From IMG/VR virus record IMGVR_UViG_3300035210_000189, positions 32,001 to 96,000 of that record: a DNA stretch of 64,000 nt; one strand, given 5' to 3'. The notes below the pieces were generated by a model, which saw nothing but the letters and a program-made list of their open reading frames with translations, ran no database searches and was not told where the DNA came from. The position numbers were made by a program, and so were the translations under genes. This document shows, in pieces, positions 20,614-30,828 of the stretch; the first letter of the stretch is position 1; each line of letters opens with the position of its first letter. The DNA is from a virus.

Positions 20614-21035
20614 TGACTGATATTGTTCCTTTGCTTCCACAGCTAACACATACACCGGAGATCGTTAAGGCCATTGATACCATCACTGGCTTGATTAAAA
20701 AAGTGAAAACAGCTCATGACCTTTTTTCAAAAAGAGACATGATAGAGCGAGCCACAGAGCTTGACTATCGTCTTCATTATGAAAAAAAGTTGCCTAATGA
20801 TATGTTGTTCATTCCAATACCTTATCAGGTGCTTAATCTATCCAGTGCTGAACTTGAAGTGATAAAACGCCACTTTGAGATTAGATCTGGCATCGTTTAT
20901 TCAATCAAGAATTTAAAAATCAAACACGAATATAATCATTGTATTGGTTTTAAACTTGATGTCTTATATCCTGCACCTGTTGAAGTTGCACCCGTAAAAG
21001 AAGATGTTAAGCCACCTGTTAAAAAAGCCAAATAA
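20610..21035 (+). CDS. hypothetical protein
   Basis: 141 aa ORF overlapping the upstream stop. Confidence 0.7.
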   Translation: MMTDIVPLLPQLTHTPEIVKAIDTITGLIKKVKTAHDLFSKRDMIERATELDYRLHYEKKLPNDMLFIPIPYQVLNLSSAELEVIKRHFEIRSGIVYSIKNLKIKHEYNHCIGFKLDVLYPAPVEVAPVKEDVKPPVKKAK

Positions 21036-21338
21036 AAAACCCCGCTCTTTCGAGCAGGGCTTGGTAATAGGTAAGAGCGGCGATGAATTGCCGGATAAAG
21101 AACCCCTATTGATCCCGTGTTATAATTGCCCTTGGTGGCTACTATATCACTGGTTATTTTCACAACTCCCTCCCAGATCAACCACACCCAGTTAGAATGT
21201 CAGATTTTCTATTATCTACTGTTAACGAGGAAAAAATCTTCGAGACGAAAAAAACCTTTCAACAGTGAGTTTTTTTTTACAACAAAAAGTATACGGCATG
21301 AAACTACTCAATAAAAAAATCCGATATACCCTACCAAG
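21035..21338 (-). ncRNA. candidate ~300 nt structured ncRNA
   Basis: Own TTGACA-N17-TACTAT promoter; 5' CTTGGTA-GGGTA pairs with 3' TACCT-AT-TACCAAG; internal long hairpins; terminator CCCTGCTC-GAAA-GAGCGGGG-T6. Confidence 0.55.
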
Positions 21339-21342
21339 ATCT

Positions 21343-21373
21343 AAATAGTATTACATTTAATACTATTTGTCAA
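21343..21373 (-). promoter_or_regulatory. sigma70 promoter with overlapping 11-bp inverted repeat (operator-like)
   Basis: -35 TTGACA at 21373-21368, -10 TACTAT at 21350-21345; palindrome AAATAGTATTA-CATT-TAATACTATTT at 21343-21368. Confidence 0.7.
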
Positions 21374-21374
21374 G

Positions 21375-22010
21375 TTAGCTATAACCTAATATAACATTTG
21401 TTGGTGCATACTTTGTTTTATTCAATGATGGTAAATGAGCAATAACCTCATCAGGTACCGAAACTTGAATCAAATAGCATGATTCGTTTTCAGTCATCAT
21501 AAAATTTTGAAGCAAATTTATGAACTCATCATTGTCAAATAAGTTGTTGGGAACAAAGACAGCCTTACTTTCCAGTTTTCTGAAAGCGGGTTTATTGATT
21601 TTTTCATTTTCAATCAACGTCAAATAGGTTTCATGGCTTCGTTTTTCATGAAGGCAGACACCCATGTTTTTACAAGCAGCCCAGTATGCATCTTGAATAA
21701 CGCTGATTTCTTCAATTTCGGCTGGCAGTTTAAAGACAAATGTTTTCTCACTCTCACCTTGGCCTAATGAAACAGTAAAGTGTTCGTCATATTCTTCGTT
21801 GATTAGTGCTTTTATAGAGCAATAGTTCATCGCTTTATCAATCACGTTGTTGGGCGTTTCACCTGTCAGTACATGATGTTTTGATTCACACCAGAACCGA
21901 ATCCAAAAATCATGTTTAGAACCTTTATTGACGGCTCTTTCGTCACATTCAATGGTCGGTTTTTTCGCCACTGTCCAAGCGAGACGTTCAGCATCGGTGT
22001 AGGTTTTCAT
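21375..22010 (-). CDS. hypothetical protein
   Basis: 211 aa ORF, AAGGT RBS, upstream promoter. Confidence 0.75.
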   Translation of the reverse strand: MKTYTDAERLAWTVAKKPTIECDERAVNKGSKHDFWIRFWCESKHHVLTGETPNNVIDKAMNYCSIKALINEEYDEHFTVSLGQGESEKTFVFKLPAEIEEISVIQDAYWAACKNMGVCLHEKRSHETYLTLIENEKINKPAFRKLESKAVFVPNNLFDNDEFINLLQNFMMTENESCYLIQVSVPDEVIAHLPSLNKTKYAPTNVILGYS

Positions 22011-22156
22011 TGTGTTTACCTTATTTTGGATATTGAGTGATTATACCTAAATATGGTCTAGATGGCAACCAATATTGTTTAAATTCAAATTAGCAATTTG
22101 CTTTTATTTTTTTTGTGATTATGTTATAATTAGACATTCTTTTAGAGAGCGTAATT

Positions 22157-22744
22157 ATGTTCGACATTAAGTATACGGAAATTCACGACAACCGCAAAAT
22201 GGCTAATCTCATCAAGCGTCATAAGCTTTTCGAGAAAGAACACCGCTCTAGCCGTTTTGAGAACAACGCTTTCTATATTTTGGAAGGGGATGAAGTTCGC
22301 CCTATGGGTGATGTTACCTTTATCAAAGTTAGTCATTTTTCTACAGTGGTTTGTCGTGTTGACAAGAAACCCGTGGGACTGCTTGTTCTGGAACACTACA
22401 TTGTTAATGATACCATTGATCCAAAGTTTACGTTGAACAACAAAAAACGTCGTTATACGATGATTGGTTTGGTCGGCACTTATGTTAAACCAGAGTTTCG
22501 TAAGAAAGGTATTGGACATGCTATGATGAGCGTGTTAAACGAGCAGCTTCAAGATCTTTATGTCAGTGATGATACGCATGTTCACATGTTAGCCGCTACT
22601 GGGAAAACGTTTGACCTTGTTCAAGCTGAAATGCCATCGTTCTGCCCTGTTGTGGCACCTTATAATTCTAACAAGTGGAAAGATACCGCAAAAAGCTGGT
22701 ATACTTACAGTCGTCATCATGAAGGTATGGTGGAATTCGTTTGA
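22157..22744 (+). CDS. GNAT-family acetyltransferase
   Basis: motif A YVKPEFRKKGIGHAMM. Confidence 0.75.
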   Translation: MFDIKYTEIHDNRKMANLIKRHKLFEKEHRSSRFENNAFYILEGDEVRPMGDVTFIKVSHFSTVVCRVDKKPVGLLVLEHYIVNDTIDPKFTLNNKKRRYTMIGLVGTYVKPEFRKKGIGHAMMSVLNEQLQDLYVSDDTHVHMLAATGKTFDLVQAEMPSFCPVVAPYNSNKWKDTAKSWYTYSRHHEGMVEFV

Positions 22745-22778
22745 TTGTGGTATAATACTCTACACACATTTGAGGATA

Positions 22779-23063
22779 ATGACGATGATGAGCAAAATTC
22801 TGTTTGGCCTTGGTGCTGCATGGACTTGGTTCTGGTATAACACCGTTACTCGCCTGTTTGTTGTTCTTATTCCTACCTACATGGTCTTTGTTATCCCCTT
22901 TTTCAAGTATGTTCTGAAAGTTCCAGACTCTGACATGGCAAACTCTCTTTCAGCACTCTATATCCTCATTTTTATGATTGCTGTCTATGACAATGATTTT
23001 TCCAAGCGTAAAAAATATGGCATTCCCGACCGTTTGTTTTTCAAGAAAAAAAGTAAATCTTGA
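22779..23063 (+). CDS. small membrane protein
   Basis: GAGG RBS; hydrophobic helices. Confidence 0.65.
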   Translation: MTMMSKILFGLGAAWTWFWYNTVTRLFVVLIPTYMVFVIPFFKYVLKVPDSDMANSLSALYILIFMIAVYDNDFSKRKKYGIPDRLFFKKKSKS

Positions 23064-23117
23064 TCTAAACAGTATTTTTGTGTATAATACACGAACTTAA
23101 TTGATTCGGAGTCTGTC

Positions 23118-23882
23118 ATGTCCACTGTAAAAGCCCTTGTTATGAGCGACCTTCACCTTGAATACAGGAACAATATTAATATTCCTGTGATTGATGGTGT
23201 GAAGTTTTTGATCTTGGCTGGGGATATTGGTAGTAACCAGTCTCACCTTGAATTTATCAAAGACTGTGCCAGTAAATACACGGTCATTTATATCTTGGGT
23301 AACCATGAATTCTATGGCTTCACCTTGAAAGAAGTCCGTGACTTTTGGAACTCTGTCAAGATTGATAACTTTCACTTTTTGGATAACTCATCTGTGGTTA
23401 TTGACGACATTGAGTTTATTGGTTCTACTTTGTGGGTCGATTTTAATCGCCAAGATTTTCACACCATGTATAATGCGGCTATTGAGATCAAAGACTTTCA
23501 AAAAATCTTGAATGCTAATAATGATGAATATATCACTGCACAAGAAATTTATGAAGAGTTTGAAAAGTCATATGATTATTTGAAAAATGCTTTGTATGAT
23601 GACAATGGTTATGTGAAAGTTCTGGTGACTCATTATGGTTTTTCTCACCAAAGTGTTCACACAAGCTACCGTGACCATCCAGCAGATTTAAAGATGAACC
23701 ATTACTTTACCAATCATTTGGACAACTTTATTGGAAATTCGTTGGCTAAGGTTGCTATTCATGGTCATATGCATACTTCGGCTGATTACATGTTGGGCGA
23801 TGTTCATGTGGTGTGTGAGCCTGTGGGATATCCAGACAGTGTTAACCCAGAATTTCACTTTAAATTGGTTGACTTGAAGTAA
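23118..23882 (+). CDS. calcineurin-like metallophosphoesterase
   Basis: SDLH, AGDI, GNHE, VTH, HGHMH motifs. Confidence 0.9.
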   Translation: MSTVKALVMSDLHLEYRNNINIPVIDGVKFLILAGDIGSNQSHLEFIKDCASKYTVIYILGNHEFYGFTLKEVRDFWNSVKIDNFHFLDNSSVVIDDIEFIGSTLWVDFNRQDFHTMYNAAIEIKDFQKILNANNDEYITAQEIYEEFEKSYDYLKNALYDDNGYVKVLVTHYGFSHQSVHTSYRDHPADLKMNHYFTNHLDNFIGNSLAKVAIHGHMHTSADYMLGDVHVVCEPVGYPDSVNPEFHFKLVDLK

Positions 23883-23915
23883 CCCCTTATTACCTTAATT
23901 TTTGGAGTATATACA

Positions 23916-24176
23916 ATGATTTCAGAACCGTTGAACTATTATGATGAACAAGTCATTGCATTGGACTTGACACGCCTTTACAGAAAAGAACAAGAACTAT
24001 TGGCCGCTATGATTAAGAATCAAGCTTCTGCTACGTCGATGGCTGAGCAAAAACAGGTTATGAAAGAATATCAAGAGCATGAAGATGTGGTCAAATTTTC
24101 AGAAAGAAAAGCTGAAATCATGCGTCGTCAACAGGTGTGTCAAGACCGAAAAGAAGAAGCAAAACTCAAAGCTTAA
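23916..24176 (+). CDS. coiled-coil hypothetical protein
   Basis: 86 aa ORF, GGAG RBS. Confidence 0.7.
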   Translation: MISEPLNYYDEQVIALDLTRLYRKEQELLAAMIKNQASATSMAEQKQVMKEYQEHEDVVKFSERKAEIMRRQQVCQDRKEEAKLKA

Positions 24177-24240
24177 CAGTTGCTTTAATTTTCGATTTTT
24201 GCTATAATTAGGCACATTCAAAAAGAACGAGATATTAATC

Positions 24241-24615
24241 ATGAAAATTGCACACGTAGTTATTCAAGAAGCTGTCACTCATTTTCTGGCTAACCAGCCT
24301 ATTAATAAGTTGATCAATCAACTGTTTCGTGGTGGTAAACAAGTTCAAGATGACTTTGAACCCATTAAACAAGTTTCGTGTCTTATGTTTAAAGATGGGG
24401 TAGGCACCATGCGTTTGCATTGGAATGATGTTGTTCCGCGTGCTTTGCAAGATATTGAAAAAACAGAAGACCTTGATACAATCTTTACGATTTCTGTAAA
24501 AGGTCTGGAAGCAGAAATTTTTGTAAGCTATGATAAGTCTTCGATGTGGTTTAATATCACTTCGAAAACATTTGATAACCTTTTTGCATTGGCCGTGGAG
24601 AGGTCAAAGGAGTAA
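24241..24615 (+). CDS. hypothetical protein
   Basis: ORF with promoter. Confidence 0.7.
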   Translation: MKIAHVVIQEAVTHFLANQPINKLINQLFRGGKQVQDDFEPIKQVSCLMFKDGVGTMRLHWNDVVPRALQDIEKTEDLDTIFTISVKGLEAEIFVSYDKSSMWFNITSKTFDNLFALAVERSKE

Positions 24616-24617
24616 GT

Positions 24618-25046
24618 ATGGAATTTAGAGAATTTGTTGAAAAAGCTTTCGAAGCTGTTACTTTATATCAAGATACTCAGGCTGTATATGGTACAGTTTC
24701 TAGAAAAGAACTGCCTTCACTGAGCGATAGTGAATTGGAATCGCTTTTCTTTGAGCGTACTTGGGTTTCTGGTGGTCATACAGGTAAAAGCTGCTGGGGT
24801 GGTGAAGGTTATTCACGTAGTGGTGATACGCCAGAAGATATCACGCCTGATGTGGCTAAGGTTCTGAAAGCCGTTGGCCGGTCTGATATTAGTTTTGTTG
24901 ATTATATGGCAACTGTTCAGCCATTGGTTAAATCGACTGACCTGAGTGATTCAAGTGATTATTATGGTAACTATACCAACTATGCACGGCTTTATGTAAA
25001 TTTGAAAGAGTTGTATGATGTGGTGTATTGCGACAATGATGAGTAA
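24618..25046 (+). CDS. hypothetical protein, paralog of 25108..25527
   Basis: shared EF.EFV.KA, WVSGG..G..C, DYY.NY..Y...YVNLK.LYD. Confidence 0.8.
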   Translation: MEFREFVEKAFEAVTLYQDTQAVYGTVSRKELPSLSDSELESLFFERTWVSGGHTGKSCWGGEGYSRSGDTPEDITPDVAKVLKAVGRSDISFVDYMATVQPLVKSTDLSDSSDYYGNYTNYARLYVNLKELYDVVYCDNDE

Positions 25047-25107
25047 GCAATAACAATTAATAATTATATCCTATGAATCTAGTGACGATTATATAAGGAG
25101 AAAAATT

Positions 25108-25527
25108 ATGATTGAGTTTACAGAGTTTGTAAAAAAAGCAGTAGTGTTTGCAAATGTGTCCGTGGATGTTTTAACTTCGCGTGATTACTCGTTAACCGAA
25201 CAGTGTATTGAAGCGTTAGATGACAAAGTGCTGGAAACTGCTGTGATCGAAAAAGTTTGGGTTTCTGGTGGTGTCTCAGGCAACGATTGCTATGAGTATT
25301 TGAATAGAACCGTAGACAGTGAAGGTGAACAAGAGATTATTCCAGAAGTTTTGGGATTGTTGAGAAGTCTAGGTCGTGATGACGTTGACAGTTCAGTAAT
25401 AGAATCAATGGTTCAAAGGCATTCATTTGATGAAGAACCAGATTACTATTTTAACTACTACGAGTATTCAAAAGTGTATGTGAACCTGAAAGCGTTGTAT
25501 GATAAATTTTTGGTGAAAGCTGAATAA
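25108..25527 (+). CDS. hypothetical protein, paralog of 24618..25046
   Basis: same motifs as 24618..25046. Confidence 0.8.
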   Translation: MIEFTEFVKKAVVFANVSVDVLTSRDYSLTEQCIEALDDKVLETAVIEKVWVSGGVSGNDCYEYLNRTVDSEGEQEIIPEVLGLLRSLGRDDVDSSVIESMVQRHSFDEEPDYYFNYYEYSKVYVNLKALYDKFLVKAE

Positions 25528-25651
25528 TTTAATCTTAGCATTATGTTATAAAAAAACCTCACTTCGGTGGGGTTTTTTATTGTTTAATTATTATGGTTCT
25601 GTTATAATGAGGCTAATGACTTGCATTGCTTTGAGGCAAAGGAGATAACAC

Positions 25652-25885
25652 ATGAGTCGCGGCGAATCCACTGAAATGATTTCAACTACCTTCTATATTG
25701 GATGGTATTACTTACGGACTGTTCGTCAATACTTGGATGATATTATTGAAAATAAGGGCTGGCCTATTCAATATCAAGAGTCCATGTGGATTTTCGAAAA
25801 CAAGTTTGTTTTGTATGGCCCACAAGGTGATATTATGTATGTTAAAACAAAAATCGAAAAATATTTGAGTGAGTTGCAATTTTAA
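25652..25885 (+). CDS. small hypothetical protein
   Basis: AAGGAG RBS, promoter. Confidence 0.65.
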   Translation: MSRGESTEMISTTFYIGWYYLRTVRQYLDDIIENKGWPIQYQESMWIFENKFVLYGPQGDIMYVKTKIEKYLSELQF

Positions 25886-26925
25886 ATTAAAAAAGGATTT
25901 TCAAGTTCTTTCACATTTTCAACTGTCTTAATGAATAGATAAATAATGGATTGTTTCTTGTCTTTTTTCATCTTTTCAATTTCGTTCATTGCAACCGCCA
26001 ACCCTTTATTTTTATAGACATCAAGCAAATGTAAATCGTTGTCTTTATGTTGAAGTAGACGATTGTATCTACCTACTTTTGTCCCTTCATAATACTTACC
26101 CAACTTTTCTTTTAAATATTCATTATTTATTGTTTCATATTTTGCATAAAAAGTTTCGACTATCTTAAAAATTTCATCATTAGATGGTTTGTTAGTTCTT
26201 ACATATATGAACAGCCCCATAAAATCTTTATAATCATTAGATGATCTTTCCACTGACATCAATCCATCATTATAGAACTCAACATTTAATAGGTTGACTT
26301 TTGCTTTAATGACAGGTGTGCCTGCGGTTGTGTATTTACTGATTGCCTCAATTACTCTGTTATACATGTTTACTCTTAAAATATTTACATGTAAATTCAT
26401 GATCAGTGTTAACAACATAAAAGACACTGAAATTGTTGCTATCATTTTTATGTTTTTGAGGTCTTTCCTGTATACGAATAACACACTCAAAATAGAAATA
26501 ATGATGTAGTAATATTCAAAACTCATTGACTTTGTATCTGTGATTAATTCTTCGCTATACTGTGTTAAAAAATTAGACGTTGTAAGAAATTTAATCAATA
26601 TCAGTAAAACAATTTGAACCTTTAATGCTGTTGCTACTTTTTGACTAGTTTCACCTGACCCAGTATACAGAATAATGGTGATAATATTTAGTATTGGAAG
26701 CATAATATAAGTTACACTGAAATAATAACTTAATGTCACTCTCCAATATTCAGTTGGAGTTCCTGTTAACATTTCGTCTTGATACAATACTTTATTTATA
26801 TAGCCTGTTGTATCTAACCAGCCAAAATATCCAATAATAATGTATATGATATTAATAGCTAATATGTTGAGCATTACTTTCGTTGTTATTATTTTCATTT
26901 TTTTTCTCTCTATCACAATGATCAT
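25882..26925 (-). CDS. multi-pass membrane protein, paralog 3 of tandem triplet
   Basis: about 5 TM helices plus soluble C-domain; shared TGT..EY, G.P..K.K..L, DG.....R, YLK.K.G motifs. Confidence 0.8.
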   Translation of the reverse strand: MIIVIERKKMKIITTKVMLNILAINIIYIIIGYFGWLDTTGYINKVLYQDEMLTGTPTEYWRVTLSYYFSVTYIMLPILNIITIILYTGSGETSQKVATALKVQIVLLILIKFLTTSNFLTQYSEELITDTKSMSFEYYYIIISILSVLFVYRKDLKNIKMIATISVSFMLLTLIMNLHVNILRVNMYNRVIEAISKYTTAGTPVIKAKVNLLNVEFYNDGLMSVERSSNDYKDFMGLFIYVRTNKPSNDEIFKIVETFYAKYETINNEYLKEKLGKYYEGTKVGRYNRLLQHKDNDLHLLDVYKNKGLAVAMNEIEKMKKDKKQSIIYLFIKTVENVKELENPFLI

Positions 26926-26962
26926 AAACCAATCAGGCAGATTGGTTTATTTTTTATTCTTA

Positions 26963-27979
26963 TTAATTATTGACAATTTCTTTCTTTTCTTCAACTTTCT
27001 TTGGTTCCTGTTTCTCGGCACTAATAAGTAATCTTAATATCGAACCTTTCTTTGATATTTCTATTTCTTTTAGTGCGGCTTCTAAACCTTGTGTTTTATA
27101 AATATCAATAATTTTCATGTCATTTTCTTTATACAAATGCATTTTGTTATTAAGAGCTAACCTCGTTTGTTTGGCATCATCACCCATTTTTTCTTTTAAA
27201 TAGGTTTCATCATAATGAACGTGATTAGCATAAAAGTTTTCTACCATTTTAAATAGTTCTTCATTACTTGGCTTATTTATTCCAGCATAAACCAAGAGAT
27301 CAAGGTAATTAGTTTGGTTCTCCGTCAATCTATCTAAGGTAGATACACCGTCTTCATAACTTTCAGCCCCGAATAAAGTGACCTTATGTTTCATAAGTGG
27401 TGAGCCAACAGGTTTTAGTTTACTCATAACAATTGCTGATTTGTTTGCCAAATCAACTCTTAAAATATTATTTTCTATATTCAAAATAAATGAAACCAGT
27501 AAACATGCTGAGGTTACAGCAACTAGACCTACTTTGTTTTTGAAATTAAAGTTATAGACTAATATGGCACTAGCAATTGCTACAATGACATAATAAATAC
27601 CAAATGTAGAAGGTTCAAATGCTTCAATTGGCGTTTTATTATAGCCGTCAATAATAAACACTGTGATTATACTGATCACGGTGGTGATAAACAATTGTAG
27701 GATTAAAGCGGCTGACACCTTTCGCATGATTTCGCCTTGTCCTCTATAAAAAAGGATTACTAGGTAGTTAATCACAAAAAAAGCTATAAAAACGATACTA
27801 AAATAATAATCTTTTTTTGCTGTCCAATACTCTTCTGGTGTGCCTGTTGTTAAATCGGCTGTTGCTATCAGACCATTTAAAAATCCTGCAGAGTTCATTA
27901 CTCCAAAATATCCAATTGTAATCAATGCCATATTTATGAGCAAAAACGCTAATGCTACTTTATTACCTATTATTTTCAT
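26963..27979 (-). CDS. multi-pass membrane protein, paralog 2 of tandem triplet
   Basis: same motifs as 25882..26925. Confidence 0.8.
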   Translation of the reverse strand: MKIIGNKVALAFLLINMALITIGYFGVMNSAGFLNGLIATADLTTGTPEEYWTAKKDYYFSIVFIAFFVINYLVILFYRGQGEIMRKVSAALILQLFITTVISIITVFIIDGYNKTPIEAFEPSTFGIYYVIVAIASAILVYNFNFKNKVGLVAVTSACLLVSFILNIENNILRVDLANKSAIVMSKLKPVGSPLMKHKVTLFGAESYEDGVSTLDRLTENQTNYLDLLVYAGINKPSNEELFKMVENFYANHVHYDETYLKEKMGDDAKQTRLALNNKMHLYKENDMKIIDIYKTQGLEAALKEIEISKKGSILRLLISAEKQEPKKVEEKKEIVNN

Positions 27980-28994
27980 TTTTTTCCCCTAAGTTAATAT
28001 TTTCTTTATTTTTCTTTATTTTTATTAAAGCTGACAATAATGTTTTATTCTTTGTTTCATTTAGTGCTTGCATTGCAGCCTTAACACCATCTTTTTTGTA
28101 TATATTAATTAACCTTATGTCTTCATCTTTATATTTCATTAAATTATTATATTGATGTATTTTTGTTGCTTTTATTTCATAACCAATTTTACTTTTCAAA
28201 TACGCTTCATCTTTTGGTATAAAATTATCATGAAACTTTTCCATTATCTCAAAGATGTCTTCATTACTGAATTCATTATATGTAAGATAATGAAATAATT
28301 TAACATAATCAGTATAGTTTTCTGTTGCTCTTTCTATGGTGACTACACCATCTGGTAGGCTCTCTCCACTTAGCAACGTAGCCTTGTGTTTATAAAGTGG
28401 TGTTCCTTCTTTGTTAAATGCCATACTATGTTCAGTGATTATATTTGTGATACTAGCACTTAAAATATTTCCTTGAAAGTTAATTAAAATTGCTACGCTT
28501 AGACAAGCAATAGCTGTTAGACTCATCATTCTGACATTCTTTAAGTTATTAATATTTGAGAGATAGACAGCAATCGCTGCTATTATTAAACAATAAATAT
28601 TAAAAGATGTTGGATTGTATTCAGTTAAAACTCTTATTTTATTTTCTGATAATGATTGTATGGCACCATAAAAAATAAATATAATGCTGTAAATCAATAT
28701 TTGAACTTTTAAAGCAAATGCTATTATTCTTGTTGTTGCTGTTTTTCCAAAATATAATAATATTAACAAATAGCTTACGATATAAAATAATATGTAGACT
28801 ATACTGAATACTAAATTCGTGTTTAGTTTTATATATTCTGATTCTGTTCCAGTTATATATTTGTAAGGACCAGCAGTACTGTATAAAAAACCAGCCGCTT
28901 CTGTTATTCCCATGTAACTTAATGCAATTAGTATTACGTTTATTAATGCTATTGCGATCACAAGTTTACCGCTTATTATGTTTTCAATTTTCAT
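27963..28994 (-). CDS. multi-pass membrane protein, paralog 1 of tandem triplet
   Basis: same motifs; start overlaps the DUF1643 stop. Confidence 0.8.
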   Translation of the reverse strand: MKIENIISGKLVIAIALINVILIALSYMGITEAAGFLYSTAGPYKYITGTESEYIKLNTNLVFSIVYILFYIVSYLLILLYFGKTATTRIIAFALKVQILIYSIIFIFYGAIQSLSENKIRVLTEYNPTSFNIYCLIIAAIAVYLSNINNLKNVRMMSLTAIACLSVAILINFQGNILSASITNIITEHSMAFNKEGTPLYKHKATLLSGESLPDGVVTIERATENYTDYVKLFHYLTYNEFSNEDIFEIMEKFHDNFIPKDEAYLKSKIGYEIKATKIHQYNNLMKYKDEDIRLINIYKKDGVKAAMQALNETKNKTLLSALIKIKKNKENINLGEKNENNR

Positions 28995-29479
28995 TTTTCT
29001 TCACTTAATTTAAATTCTATGAATGTCTGATCGCCTTTTATGTACAATGGGTGTTTTGGCATACCGGCTTTGGTAGTCCCTAAACAATACATTTCAACGC
29101 CTAACTCACTCAGCATGTTGTAGACTTCAATCACTCTATTCATCTTGGCATTTCCACCCCAAGCACAAATGATTTTTTTATTACTGGTAAATAAGTTCTT
29201 CAAATATTCATCATTTTCACAACCCACCGGATCTTCGGTTAACCAGAGACTTTTTGGTGTGGGTGAACGATACGCATAAAGATTGACTACTTTGAGTGAA
29301 TCGTATCCATTATCTTTCGCAAATTGAATACATCGTCTAATCGTGGGATCATCAAGCATGGCATCTGCAGTGCTTGGATTTAGCATACAAAATATGGCGG
29401 GATTATTGGCGTTTTCTACGAAGTCTCTACCTAGTTCATAACGGTATTTTTGACACTGACTAATGATGGCTGTTTTCAT
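28991..29479 (-). CDS. DUF1643 domain protein
   Basis: AIIS.C.KYRY.L.R, MLNPSTAD...DDPTIRRC, VVNLYAYR, AWG, PKHPLY are characteristic of DUF1643. Confidence 0.88.
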   Translation of the reverse strand: MKTAIISQCQKYRYELGRDFVENANNPAIFCMLNPSTADAMLDDPTIRRCIQFAKDNGYDSLKVVNLYAYRSPTPKSLWLTEDPVGCENDEYLKNLFTSNKKIICAWGGNAKMNRVIEVYNMLSELGVEMYCLGTTKAGMPKHPLYIKGDQTFIEFKLSEEK

Positions 29480-29666
29480 ATTTAAATTCTCCTTATCGCA
29501 TAATATAACAAAGAAAACTTAAGTCAAAAAATCAGGTTATATTTTATTAAATAATGTTGATTTATAAGTAATACACAATGTATTAGCATTATAGTGTATA
29601 TATACAAAGTATGATTGCTTTATTTATTTTAATACTATACACTGTCTTGCAAAATAGGAGCACCTT

Positions 29667-30176
29667 ATGAAATATTTTCTAATCCTGATTATTGTGCTTT
29701 TGAGTGGTATGTTGGTCAATGCTAACGATCCTGACATCGTATCCCCTAACTATGACATAACGGTCACTGATAAAAATAAAACGGTTAATCTTGTTATTCC
29801 ATCCAGTCTTGGACAAATATCCTATGCATCTATCGGAGAAGGAAAAGAAGATACCTTAATAGACTGTCTGATCAGTTTAGGTGAAATTGATGATTTAAAT
29901 GTCAAAACATCTGTTTATAACATTAAACGAATTGGTGCTGACATCTCTATTTACACATTATCTAAGAATAATGATCAATTTAAAGTAATGGTGGTCTACA
30001 CCAAACCAGAAATCAGATTAGACGATAATTTAACCAATAACGATCAGCGGTGTGATTTCTTAAACAGTGTTTCACCTACTATTAAATGGCTTGGTAACCT
30101 TAATATTGGACAAACTACAATTATTGTGACTCCTGATGGTAACGAGTTATATTTACAGATAACTAAATCTAAATAG
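29667..30176 (+). CDS. secreted protein, paralog 1 of tandem triplet
   Basis: signal peptide; shared two Cys and C-terminal W.G.(L/I).(I/V)G...N.L. Confidence 0.75.
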   Translation: MKYFLILIIVLLSGMLVNANDPDIVSPNYDITVTDKNKTVNLVIPSSLGQISYASIGEGKEDTLIDCLISLGEIDDLNVKTSVYNIKRIGADISIYTLSKNNDQFKVMVVYTKPEIRLDDNLTNNDQRCDFLNSVSPTIKWLGNLNIGQTTIIVTPDGNELYLQITKSK

Positions 30177-30236
30177 AAGTCCATTGTATATTTAAGTTAA
30201 GAGAGTATAATACTTGTAAACTTCGGAGACTTCATT

Positions 30237-30758
30237 ATGTTTAAATCATTATTGGCTATTGGTGTATTGTTGGCGTCAGGATTAATACATGCAGCAGAAA
30301 TAGACGATGCTGTCTATACTGTTAACTTTACTGACAAACATAACAAAATTATAGGATTTGAAGAGCTTGAGGTAGGTAATATGTCCTATGGTGGTATTGG
30401 TTCAATGAAAGATAAGAATAAGATTTCTAATTGTGTTATTGACGTTGATGATCCTTTGGCTCCACCTATACCTATTGAAATTTATTCAGCAACCGACTCA
30501 GATACGTTCGTTTCTGTTTTTACGATTTCAAAAATTAGAGATACATTTCATATGATTATATCACTTAAATATGAAGAAGATTTTTCAACCGAAAACTCTA
30601 TTAAAATTAATGACAAATGTACAATTGCTAATAATGTAGCCACTTTAATTGATGTTAACTGGGCTGGTGATATTAATGTTGGTGAAAAGAAAACTATAAA
30701 ACTTCCTAACAATAATGAACTTTATATGGAAGTTATTGAAGGTTATCCAGAACCATAA
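30237..30758 (+). CDS. secreted protein, paralog 2 of tandem triplet
   Basis: same motifs as 29667..30176. Confidence 0.75.
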   Translation: MFKSLLAIGVLLASGLIHAAEIDDAVYTVNFTDKHNKIIGFEELEVGNMSYGGIGSMKDKNKISNCVIDVDDPLAPPIPIEIYSATDSDTFVSVFTISKIRDTFHMIISLKYEEDFSTENSIKINDKCTIANNVATLIDVNWAGDINVGEKKTIKLPNNNELYMEVIEGYPEP

Positions 30759-30828
30759 AATCCATATTTTAATATGATTGCAATTCTCTTTTTAAAAGAT
30801 ATAATTTATACTTTATAGGAGAATTACA

